Below are positions 34,479 through 42,299 of a stretch of DNA of 42,299 nt, piece after piece. The stretch comes from Thermoproteota archaeon (lineage in GTDB: Archaea > Thermoproteota > EX4484-205 > JAAOZP01): the NCBI GenBank assembly GCA_038850115.1, contig JAWCMB010000008.1, positions 1 through 42,299 on the forward strand. Reading direction: 5' to 3'. Made by a program: the position numbers and the translations under genes. The stretch's first letter is position 1, and each line of letters begins with the position of its first letter. Below the pieces are notes generated by a model. The model saw only the letters and a list, made by a program, of their open reading frames with translations, ran no database searches and was not told the origin of the DNA.

Positions 34479-35966
34479 ATGCTTGCCGAGAGTTGCGGCG
34501 TGTTTGGGGTGAAGTGTTTCAACGGCAGGTGTGTTTTCGACTTTCTCTACTGGGGTCTTGTGGCGCAGAACCATAGGGGTCATGAGTCCTACGGTTTCCT
34601 GACTTTCTCCAAGGGTTTCAGGCGTCACGTGAATGTGGGTCTTGTTCCTCAGATCTTCGGCGAGAGGTATTCTAGGTGGAGCAATTTTCTCCAGGGGAGT
34701 GTTGGCATTGCTCACGTCAGGTATGGCACCTCTGGGGATAGAAGTGCCTCGTCTAGGCTGAATGATGCGCAGCCGTTGATATCTTCCCACGGGGGTGAGA
34801 AGATGGGTTTCGCTTTCAACGGTAATATTGTTAACGTTAACGAGCTTAGGAGTCGTTTGAAGGCTTTTGGGGATTCTGGAGCAGGGTGTGATGCAGCTGT
34901 CTTATCGAAAATCCTTGCTGTTGGTGTTGGTGGTGGTTTGATAAGTGCTGTTGAGCGCTGCATGCGGGAGGCTGAAGGCGCCTTCTCCGTTGTGGGGTTA
35001 AGATCCAACGGGGAGCTTTTCGCCTTCAGAGACCCGTTGGGTATTAGGCCTCTCAGCATCGGGGTTAGCGAGGACGGTGCGGTTAATGCCTTCTCCTCTG
35101 AGACCGTTGGGCTTGACATTAACGGGCTTAGGTTTATGGGTGATGTTAAGCCCGGTGAGATTGTTGTCTTTAGCAAGGATGGTGTTGAAAGGGAGAGGCT
35201 TGTGAAGAAGGATAGGGCTGCTTTCTGCGCTTTCGAATACGCTTACTTCGCTAGGCCGGATTCCCTGCTCAACGGTAAGTATGTTTACAATGTGAGGGAA
35301 GATTTTGGCAGAAACCTGGGGAAGCGGTTTAGGGATGTTGCGGAGAACTGCGACGTGATTCTTTCAATGCCTGAGACCGCTGAGGACGCTGCCTATGGTC
35401 TGCACGAGGAGACCGGCTTGAAATGGGAAAGGATACTTAGGAGGCATAGGTATGTTACTCAAAGAGCATTCATTCTCGAGCCCAGTGAAAGGGTTTCAAC
35501 AATCGACAAGAAGGTGAATATTATGAACGGGAGGCTTAAGGGTAAGAAGGTTATTGTTGTCGACGACAGTATTGTTAGGGGTGATACTACTAGGACTGTG
35601 GTGAGGAAGCTTAGGAGGGCTGGTGCCGAGAAGGTCTATCTCTTCATTACTTTCCCACGGATAACGCACCCGTGTTTCTACGGTGTTGACATGGCTACTT
35701 TCACCGAGCTGATCGGCTTCAGGTTTGACGAGGAGGGTGTTGCGAAACATGTTGGCGCCGACGGGGTTTTCTACCAGCCTCTGGAGGACTATGTTAGGGC
35801 AACAGGTATGAGTTTCAACGAGCTTTGCCTAGCATGCATAACCGGAGAGTATCCGACTGAGCTTGCTCAGAAGATGGCTGACGCAGCCAAGGCTTCGATA
35901 GACGTTAGGGATGAGAGGAGGATATATGAGAGGGCGGGTCTCGTGAAGCAGGAGGGCTCTGCGTGA
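34479..35966 (+). CDS. purF: Amidophosphoribosyltransferase (copy with N-terminal catalytic Cys)
   Basis: MLAES-CGVFG (propeptide then Cys1), HRG, HVRYGT, NGNIVN, RDPLGIRPL, CAFEYAYFARPDS, VVDDSIVRG, CFYGVD, CLAC. Confidence 0.93.
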   Translation: MLAESCGVFGVKCFNGRCVFDFLYWGLVAQNHRGHESYGFLTFSKGFRRHVNVGLVPQIFGERYSRWSNFLQGSVGIAHVRYGTSGDRSASSRLNDAQPLISSHGGEKMGFAFNGNIVNVNELRSRLKAFGDSGAGCDAAVLSKILAVGVGGGLISAVERCMREAEGAFSVVGLRSNGELFAFRDPLGIRPLSIGVSEDGAVNAFSSETVGLDINGLRFMGDVKPGEIVVFSKDGVERERLVKKDRAAFCAFEYAYFARPDSLLNGKYVYNVREDFGRNLGKRFRDVAENCDVILSMPETAEDAAYGLHEETGLKWERILRRHRYVTQRAFILEPSERVSTIDKKVNIMNGRLKGKKVIVVDDSIVRGDTTRTVVRKLRRAGAEKVYLFITFPRITHPCFYGVDMATFTELIGFRFDEEGVAKHVGADGVFYQPLEDYVRATGMSFNELCLACITGEYPTELAQKMADAAKASIDVRDERRIYERAGLVKQEGSA

Positions 35967-37273
35967 CGGGGATACTGGGAATATATCTTTTCGACGAGAG
36001 GTGGAACGCTGGGAGCTTCGGAGTATACGGGTTAATGGCTCTGCAACACAGGGGTCAGGAAACTGCTGGGCTGGAGCTCATAGGTCAGTCTAGGCGGAAA
36101 GCATCTGGGAAAGGCTTGGTTGAAGATGTTTTAAGCCATGTGGGGGCTGAGGGCCATATTTGTCTGGGCGCAGTGTCTCCCCACCCTGTTGGAGCCGAGG
36201 AGGATGTTCAGCCTATTACCTTAAGCGAGAAAGTCTCGGTGGCTTTAGACGGTAGGGTTACAGGGGTCAAGGGGTATTCCTGGGATGATTCGCTTAGCTA
36301 CGAGGGTAACCTGAGGAAAGCGTTTACAAGCTTCGCCGGTGCCAAAGGGGAAATAGAGGCTGTTAAAGAGTTTTTCGACAACTGTAAGGGAGGTTTCGCC
36401 TACATTGCTGTGAACCATCGGATGGAGATGGCTGCGGGAAGGTGTAGCCTCGGTGTTAAGCCGCTTGTACTCGGTAAGTTCGGGTTTGAAGGCGGGATAG
36501 TTGCTTCAGAGAGCTGCGTGATGGACGTTATCGGCGAGAGGGTTCCCATAAGCCCCGCGGAGAATATTGAGGCTGGGGACGCGATGGTTTTCACTCCTTT
36601 CTCTGCACGCTTGGTTAAGGGTGATTCTTGCAGCAGGGCTTACTGCAGCTTCGAATACGTTTACCTCGCTAGGCCTGACTCGTATGTTAACGATATTCCG
36701 ATATACCGGGTTAGAAGGAACATAGGTAGGAGGCTCTCTGAGGAAGACAGGGTTGACGCGGACGTAGTGATAGGTGTTCCCGAGACGGCAATACCCTTCG
36801 CAATGGCTTATTCCAACGAGACGGGCATACCTATAGAGAAGGGTTTTGAGCTGACGGGTAGGAGGGTTAGGAGCGCCCTGAGGCCGGACCAGTTTGAAAG
36901 ACTCAAGGGTGTTCAGCTTAAGCTGAACGTTATAAGCGAGGCTGTTAGAGGCAAGAGGGTTGTCCTGATCGACGACAGCGTTGTAAGGGGTAACACGCTT
37001 GCAAACATAGTCTACTTGATGAAGGAGAAGGGTGCTAAGGAGATACATGTCAGAATAGGGAGTCCACACATTATTTCCCACTGCCCCTTCGGCGTTGAGG
37101 TTCCTCCGGAGGATGAGCTCATAGGCAGACACTTGTCTGAGGAGAAGATTGCAGAGGTAGTGGGAGCAGACTCGTTCAAGTATCTAAGCATAGAGGGTCT
37201 TTCTGAAGCGATCGGCTTGAAGAAGAGCGAGCTGTGCCTAGGCTGCTTCAACTGCGTCTACCCGGAGGTGTAG
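35963..37273 (+). CDS. purF: Amidophosphoribosyltransferase-like paralog lacking the glutaminase Cys
   Basis: Starts MTGILG; LQHRGQE, CSFEYVYLARPDS, LIDDSVVRGNT, CPFG and CLGCF retained; GTGA overlap with the first copy. Confidence 0.85.
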   Translation: MTGILGIYLFDERWNAGSFGVYGLMALQHRGQETAGLELIGQSRRKASGKGLVEDVLSHVGAEGHICLGAVSPHPVGAEEDVQPITLSEKVSVALDGRVTGVKGYSWDDSLSYEGNLRKAFTSFAGAKGEIEAVKEFFDNCKGGFAYIAVNHRMEMAAGRCSLGVKPLVLGKFGFEGGIVASESCVMDVIGERVPISPAENIEAGDAMVFTPFSARLVKGDSCSRAYCSFEYVYLARPDSYVNDIPIYRVRRNIGRRLSEEDRVDADVVIGVPETAIPFAMAYSNETGIPIEKGFELTGRRVRSALRPDQFERLKGVQLKLNVISEAVRGKRVVLIDDSVVRGNTLANIVYLMKEKGAKEIHVRIGSPHIISHCPFGVEVPPEDELIGRHLSEEKIAEVVGADSFKYLSIEGLSEAIGLKKSELCLGCFNCVYPEV

Positions 37274-37276
37274 CTG

Positions 37277-38758
37277 TTGAAAATTCTTCTGGTTGGCGGC
37301 GGGGGGAGGGAGCATGCCATAGCCATGGTTTTCGCGAGGAGCAGCTACGAGCCCGTACTGTACTGTCTTTCAGAGCTTGTTAACCCTGGAATAAGCAGGA
37401 TTGTTAAGGATAGTGGGGGCGAGTATTATGTTGGAGATCCTAATAATGCTGAGGAGGTTTCGAAGGCTGCTTTAAGGGCTGGCATAGACTTCGTGTTCAT
37501 CGGTCCTGAGGAGCCTAATTTCCGAGGTGTTCCAGACAGGCTTGAGGAGGAAGGTGTTCCATGCATAGGTGCGAACAGGCAGGTTGCTGAAATAGAGTTG
37601 TCGAAGGCGAGCATGAGGGATCTTCAGTGGAAATACGTGATTCCAGGGAGGCTCTGGTATAAGAAGTTCAGAACGTTCGAGGAGGCTGCCCCTTATGTTG
37701 AAGAATACGCTGAGAGCGTTGCGCTTAAGCCTGCTAGGCAGGTCGGTGGGAAAGGGGTTAAGGTGATAGAGGACTTCCAGGTTTACTTGAAGGAGGAGAA
37801 GAAGAGGGTTAAGAAGCAGCACGTCGAATCCATCTACAGGGACTACATGAAGGGTTACGGCGACGTGGATTTCAAAATCCTCATTGAGGAGAGGGTCTGG
37901 GGGCCGGAGTATACATTGCAATGCTTCACAGACGGTAGGACGATAGTGCCGATGCCGGCTGTCCAGGATAATAAGCATGCTTTCGACGGCGACCTTGGTC
38001 CTGAAACGGGTGGAATGGGGTCCATATGTTGCGGCATGAATCTGAAATGGGGTGTTAACGATGAGAGGGCAATACTTACAGGGGAGGAGGTTGAGAAATC
38101 CGCTGAAATAGTTAGGATGATGGTTGACGCTATTCAGCGTGAAACAGGGAGAAAATATCATGGCGTTGTAGCTGGGCAGATGATGCTGACCTCAATATGG
38201 GGCCCAACGATAATAGAAATGTACTCTAGGCTCGGCGACCCTGAGGCTCTAAACGTCCTCGCCGTCCTTAAGACTGACATCGTTGAAATATGTGAGGCGA
38301 TAATAAGCGAGAGGCTTAACACTGTTAAGGTTGAGTTTGAGGATAAGGCCACGGTTGTGAAAGCAGTCTCGCCCCACGGATACCCGTTGAGCAGGGATCT
38401 GGCGAAGGGGCATCCTGTGTTGGTTCACGACTATGAGGAGGGGATTTTCTGGGCTTCAGCGGATTTGAAAGACTCTGGAATCATAGAGAGCGGCGGTTCC
38501 AGGCTTGTAGAGTGTCTCGGTGTTGCGGAAACCATTCCTGAGGCAAGCCGCATTGCTGAGAGGCTTACGTCGAAGGTTAGCCTTGCAGATGGCTGGGGGC
38601 TTTTCCACAGGAGTGACATCGGCTCTGAGAAATCTTTAGAGAGGAGAATAATGCTAGCCAACATGGCTAGGGAAATATACGAGTATAGGGAGAGAAGGGG
38701 GATTCTCGGCAGGAGGATGGTCTGGATGCCTGGAAAAGGATTGGAGGAGGTTGGTTGA
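37277..38758 (+). CDS. purD: Phosphoribosylamine-glycine ligase
   Basis: LLVGGGGREHA, FIGPE, ELSK, GGKGV, QDNKHAFDGDLGPETGGMG, RLGDPE, RSDIG; SD GGAGGTG at 37264-37270. Confidence 0.95.
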   Translation: MKILLVGGGGREHAIAMVFARSSYEPVLYCLSELVNPGISRIVKDSGGEYYVGDPNNAEEVSKAALRAGIDFVFIGPEEPNFRGVPDRLEEEGVPCIGANRQVAEIELSKASMRDLQWKYVIPGRLWYKKFRTFEEAAPYVEEYAESVALKPARQVGGKGVKVIEDFQVYLKEEKKRVKKQHVESIYRDYMKGYGDVDFKILIEERVWGPEYTLQCFTDGRTIVPMPAVQDNKHAFDGDLGPETGGMGSICCGMNLKWGVNDERAILTGEEVEKSAEIVRMMVDAIQRETGRKYHGVVAGQMMLTSIWGPTIIEMYSRLGDPEALNVLAVLKTDIVEICEAIISERLNTVKVEFEDKATVVKAVSPHGYPLSRDLAKGHPVLVHDYEEGIFWASADLKDSGIIESGGSRLVECLGVAETIPEASRIAERLTSKVSLADGWGLFHRSDIGSEKSLERRIMLANMAREIYEYRERRGILGRRMVWMPGKGLEEVG

Positions 38759-38761
38759 AAA

Positions 38762-39190
38762 ATGGCTAAGGCCGCTGTCATAGTGGGGAGCAAGTCGGAT
38801 GAAGAACTGGGTAGAAACATCGTTGGCTTCTTGAAAGACTTCGGTGTTGACTGCGATTACAGGGTTCTCTCAGCCCACCGGAATCCCGATGAGCTGGACT
38901 CCTTCGTGAAGAACAGTGATGCAGAGGTGTTCATCGCGGTGGCTGGTCTTTCAGCAGCTCTGCCCGGCGTAATAGCGTCTAGAACCATTAAGCCCGTGAT
39001 TGGTGTTCCTAGGGAGGTTAGGCTTGGTGGTCTAGACGCGCTTCTTTCAATCGTCCAGATGCCTCCAGGCATACCGGTTGCTGCTGTTGGCGTAGACAAT
39101 TGGAAGAACGCTGCGATACTGGCGGTTGAAATACTATCCCTGAAATATCCTGGGCTTGCGGAGAGGCTTGTGGAGGAGAGGAGGAAATGA
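38762..39190 (+). CDS. purE: AIR carboxylase / N5-CAIR mutase
   Basis: VGSKSD, SAHRNP, AGLSAALPG, PVIGVP, GLDALLSIVQMPPGIPVA. Confidence 0.95.
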   Translation: MAKAAVIVGSKSDEELGRNIVGFLKDFGVDCDYRVLSAHRNPDELDSFVKNSDAEVFIAVAGLSAALPGVIASRTIKPVIGVPREVRLGGLDALLSIVQMPPGIPVAAVGVDNWKNAAILAVEILSLKYPGLAERLVEERRK

Positions 39191-39429
39191 GGCTGAGGGT
39201 TGAGGTTAAGCTTAAACCGGGTCACTTCGACCCTGAGGGCGATGTGACTGCTAAATCGCTAAGAGATCTCGGCTTCCCCTTGAACATGGTTAAAACCGGT
39301 AAGGTCTATATTATTGATGTTGAAGCCAGTGACCGCGAGGAGGCGTTGAGGCTTGCGGAAGACATGTGTAGAAAACTACTGGCTAATCCTGTTAAGGATG
39401 ATTTCAGCATAGAGGTGCTCTCCACCTGA
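39187..39429 (+). CDS. purS: FGAM synthase subunit PurS
   Basis: LKPGHFDPEG, GK, MCRKLLANPV; 80 aa; ATGA overlap with purE. Confidence 0.94.
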   Translation: MRLRVEVKLKPGHFDPEGDVTAKSLRDLGFPLNMVKTGKVYIIDVEASDREEALRLAEDMCRKLLANPVKDDFSIEVLST

Positions 39430-41777
39430 AGCCGGGTCTACTGAAGAAGCTGTACGGGGATCCAGAGGTTTACATTGTAGACCTTTCTTCAGCAGGCGAC
39501 GACGACCTTCTTGAGATAAGCAGGGAAATGGGGCTCAGCATTAGTCTAGAGAGAATGAGGTATTTAAAACAATATTTTAAAGAAAGACCTCCGACGGATG
39601 TCGAGCTCCAGATGATTGGCCAAACATGGTCTGAACACTGTTTCCACAACGTTTTCAAGGGCGACGTTTCTACTGATGACGGCCGCTTAATCAACAGTAT
39701 TTTGAAGACGTACATAATGAGGTCAACCAGGGAGCTGGGAAAGGACTGGTGTATTTCAGTGTTTGAGGACAATGCCGGAATAATAGATTTCGACAAGAGT
39801 TATGCTATAGCCGCTAAAGTTGAGACGCACAACCATCCGTCCGCAGTAGAGCCTTTCGGAGGAGCAGCAACCGGAGTAGGAGGAGTGATAAGGGATATTC
39901 TCGGAGTATGGGGTGAGCCGGTTGCTTTAACAGACGTTCTGTGCTTCGGCCCGTTGGACACCGAGTACAAGGGGCTCCCTCCAGGGGTTAAGCATCCCCG
40001 CTACATATACAGGGGCGTCGTAGCCGGAATAGGCAGCTACGGCAACAACATGGGTATCCCAACAGTCTCCGGGGCAGTAATCTTCGACAAGGGTTACGCC
40101 GGCAACGTGGTCGTGTACTGCGGTTGCATAGGGGTTCTTCCCAAGGATGCTTACGTGAAAAATACGCGCAACGGTGACTTGGCTGTGCTCGCTGGAGGTA
40201 GAACAGGCAGAGACGGTATTCACGGGGTGACGTTCGCATCGGCTGAGCTCAGTGAGGAGGCTGAAGAGCTGAGGTCGGCTGTACAAATACCGAACCCTAT
40301 AGTGGAGGAGAGGCTTAGGAGAGCCATTCTAAGGATAAGGGATGAGAGGCTTGCCACGGGTATAACAGACCTAGGCGGGGGAGGGTTATCCTGCGCAGCA
40401 GGTGAAATGGCCTACAGGTCAAGCCTAGGTGTTGACATCAACCTGGATATGGTTCCGCTTAAGGCTCCCGACATGGCTCCCTGGGAGATATGGGTTTCCG
40501 AATCGCAGGAGAGGATGCTTCTCTCAGTGCCGGGGGAAAACCTTGAGAGAGTCTTGGAGATATTCTGCGAGGAGGATGTTGAGGCGAGCGTCGTAGGAAG
40601 ATTTGTTGAAACAGGTAGGGTCAGGGTTTTCACGAGGAAAACGGTTGTATGCGACTTAGATCTAGGATTCCTCTTCAACCCTCCTAAGGTTACTAGGAGG
40701 GCGAGAACACCGGTGCTCCCTCCAGCTAGTGTCGACTTGGAGGAGCCGGGGGACCTTGCCGGGGAGCTTCTCAAGCTTCTTTCAGACCCGAACATCAGGA
40801 GTAAGGAGGATGTTATCAGAACCTACGATCATGAGGTTAGGGGCTGCACGGTGGTTAAGCCTCTTCACGGCAAGGAGGCTGGGCCCAGTGACGCTGCAGT
40901 AATCAAGCCACTCAGGGATTCTTGGATGGGCGTGGTGATATCGTGTGGAATAAACCCTTTCTATCCTGACCCATACTGGATGGCTGCAGCCTCGATAGAG
41001 GAGGCGTTAAGGAATAATGCTGCCGTAGGTGGCAGGAGGGTCGCGATCCTAGATAACTTCGTCTGGGGAAGCCCTGAGAACGAGGATAACATGGGTATGC
41101 TGCTGAGGGCTGTTGAGGCTTGCTACGATTTCTCTAAGGCTTTGGATACGCCTTTCATCTCCGGCAAGGATAGTCTTTACAACGAGTCGCCGCTGGGCCC
41201 GGTGAGGCCAACCCTCTTGGTGACAGGCGTAGGAATAATTCCTGACATTCGGAACGTGGTTACTCTAAGCCTTAAGGAGGAGGGGAGCCCTGTTTACATT
41301 ATCGGCTTAACCAGGGATGAGCTGAGGGGTTCAGCATACTTTAGGCTTAAAGGTGTTGACGGCGGGGAGGTGCCTAAGCTGGATGCTAAGCTGTCTAAGA
41401 GCCTGTTCGACTCTCTAATCCGGGCGGTTGACGAGAAACTCGTATTGTCGTGCCACGATCTCTCGGAGGGTGGTTTAGGAGTGGCCGCGGCTGAGATGGT
41501 CGTCGCATCGAGAAACTTGGGTATAGAGTTAGATCTCCGCAAGATCCCCTCAAACACGGCTAGGAGCGACTATGTTCTCTTCTCAGAGTCAACATCAAGG
41601 TTTCTCGTTGAGGTTGATGGAGACCAGTGGAGAAGGTTTGAAGAGTTTTTCTCAGGACTACCTTTTAGGAGGATTGGCCAAGTGGCCAAAGGAGTTGGGC
41701 TGTGCATAACTGATCTAAACAATGGGTTTCACGAGTTAAGCGAGATGGAAATCAAGAAAGCTTGGAGGGGTTACTGA
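39426..41777 (+). CDS. purL: FGAM synthase synthetase subunit PurL (probable CTG start at 39426; first ATG is 39528)
   Basis: QTWSEHC, DNAG, KVETHNHPSA, GAATGVGGVIRD, GRDGIHG, DLGGGG, SESQERM, ISGKDSLYN, HDLSEGG, FSES. Confidence 0.95.
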   Translation: MKPGLLKKLYGDPEVYIVDLSSAGDDDLLEISREMGLSISLERMRYLKQYFKERPPTDVELQMIGQTWSEHCFHNVFKGDVSTDDGRLINSILKTYIMRSTRELGKDWCISVFEDNAGIIDFDKSYAIAAKVETHNHPSAVEPFGGAATGVGGVIRDILGVWGEPVALTDVLCFGPLDTEYKGLPPGVKHPRYIYRGVVAGIGSYGNNMGIPTVSGAVIFDKGYAGNVVVYCGCIGVLPKDAYVKNTRNGDLAVLAGGRTGRDGIHGVTFASAELSEEAEELRSAVQIPNPIVEERLRRAILRIRDERLATGITDLGGGGLSCAAGEMAYRSSLGVDINLDMVPLKAPDMAPWEIWVSESQERMLLSVPGENLERVLEIFCEEDVEASVVGRFVETGRVRVFTRKTVVCDLDLGFLFNPPKVTRRARTPVLPPASVDLEEPGDLAGELLKLLSDPNIRSKEDVIRTYDHEVRGCTVVKPLHGKEAGPSDAAVIKPLRDSWMGVVISCGINPFYPDPYWMAAASIEEALRNNAAVGGRRVAILDNFVWGSPENEDNMGMLLRAVEACYDFSKALDTPFISGKDSLYNESPLGPVRPTLLVTGVGIIPDIRNVVTLSLKEEGSPVYIIGLTRDELRGSAYFRLKGVDGGEVPKLDAKLSKSLFDSLIRAVDEKLVLSCHDLSEGGLGVAAAEMVVASRNLGIELDLRKIPSNTARSDYVLFSESTSRFLVEVDGDQWRRFEEFFSGLPFRRIGQVAKGVGLCITDLNNGFHELSEMEIKKAWRGY

Positions 41778-41778
41778 A

Positions 41779-42299
41779 ATGAGCCGCAACAGGCTTAAGG
41801 CTTGCGTCCTTAGGACTGGTGGTACGAACTGCGACCTTGAAACAAGGATTGCTCTGGAGGAGGTGGGTGTTGAGACGGAAATACTGCATATGAATCAGCT
41901 TGAGACGAAAAGGCTTTCCAACTATCATCTGGTCGTTTTTCCCGGGGGTTTCTCATACGGGGACTACGTGAGGGCTGGCGCAGTATGGGGTAAAAGGGTT
42001 CTTGCAAAGCTTAGGGTGGAGCTCGAGAGGTTTATAGAGGAGGGTAGGCTTGTGCTCGGCATATGCAACGGTTTCCAGGTTCTCGTTGAAGCCGGAATAC
42101 TGCCGGGAGACGGTGTCAGCGAAACCCCGTCGGCAGCGCTTGCAAACAATTCTTCAGCAAGGTATGAGTGCAGATGGGTCTGGCTAAGGGTTGAGAACAA
42201 TGAGACGCCTTTCACCATGATGATGAAAAAGGGTGAGGTTCTCAGAATACCCGTGGGGCATGCTGAAGGAAGGTTCCTAACAAGTTCAGAAGAGGCTTT
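41779..42299 (+). CDS. purQ: FGAM synthase glutaminase subunit PurQ (3'-truncated by window edge; absent from the ORF track)
   Basis: ATG at 41779 reads MSRNRLKACVLRTGGTNCD..., PGGFSYGD, LGICNGFQVL (catalytic Cys), PVGHAEG. Confidence 0.95.
   Translation, partial: MSRNRLKACVLRTGGTNCDLETRIALEEVGVETEILHMNQLETKRLSNYHLVVFPGGFSYGDYVRAGAVWGKRVLAKLRVELERFIEEGRLVLGICNGFQVLVEAGILPGDGVSETPSAALANNSSARYECRWVWLRVENNETPFTMMMKKGEVLRIPVGHAEGRFLTSSEEA

Noticed and set aside
34236-34790. 184-aa minus-strand ORF overlapping the start of purF
   Set aside because: Mostly antisense to purF, spans its promoter, and has no recognisable motifs.
1-42299. tRNA, rRNA, CRISPR arrays, transposases, integrases
   Set aside because: No cloverleaf with a GTTCRA T-loop in intergenic space, no regularly spaced repeats and no recombinase motifs were seen by eye. 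A tRNAscan-SE or Infernal run would be needed to exclude small RNAs.

Overview
Gene-dense archaeal chromosome segment. It most likely comes from a thermophilic TACK-type archaeon; this is inferred from AGG/AGA/ATA-rich codon use, BRE/TATA-like boxes about 20-40 nt upstream of many start codons, and archaeal-type ATP-dependent DNA ligase, Cdc48 and PurD. Left to right: (1) the 3' end of a membrane-anchored Ig-like repeat surface protein; (2) two small DNA-binding proteins; (3) a DNA-processing cluster of TatD, DUF429 nuclease, Lhr-core helicase and MPE metallophosphoesterase, followed within 1.2 kb by DNA ligase and then Cdc48; (4) a DtxR-family regulator with a palindromic operator heading a Zn/Mn/Fe ABC importer; (5) an ECF S-component converging on a PurM-superfamily enzyme; (6) a 934-aa UPF0182-like membrane protein; (7) assorted metabolic and damage-control genes (two TIM-barrel isomerases, TudS-like protein, K+-independent membrane pyrophosphatase, PUA protein, DUF89 phosphatase, long HtpX, nucleotidyltransferase, aldo-keto reductase); (8) a de novo purine cluster (purM, purC, purF, purF-like, purD, purE, purS, purL, partial purQ) interrupted by tandem ligand-binding-only Lrp genes, a YbjQ gene and an AT-rich GH30-like glycosidase. 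I saw no tRNA, rRNA, CRISPR array or transposase. The best leads are the archaeal Lhr-MPE-ligase locus in which TatD/DUF429 may stand in for the usual exonuclease, the purF pair with complementary motif loss, the ECF-S plus PurM-like pair, and a probable CTG start for purL. All calls come from motif recognition by eye; no database searches were run.
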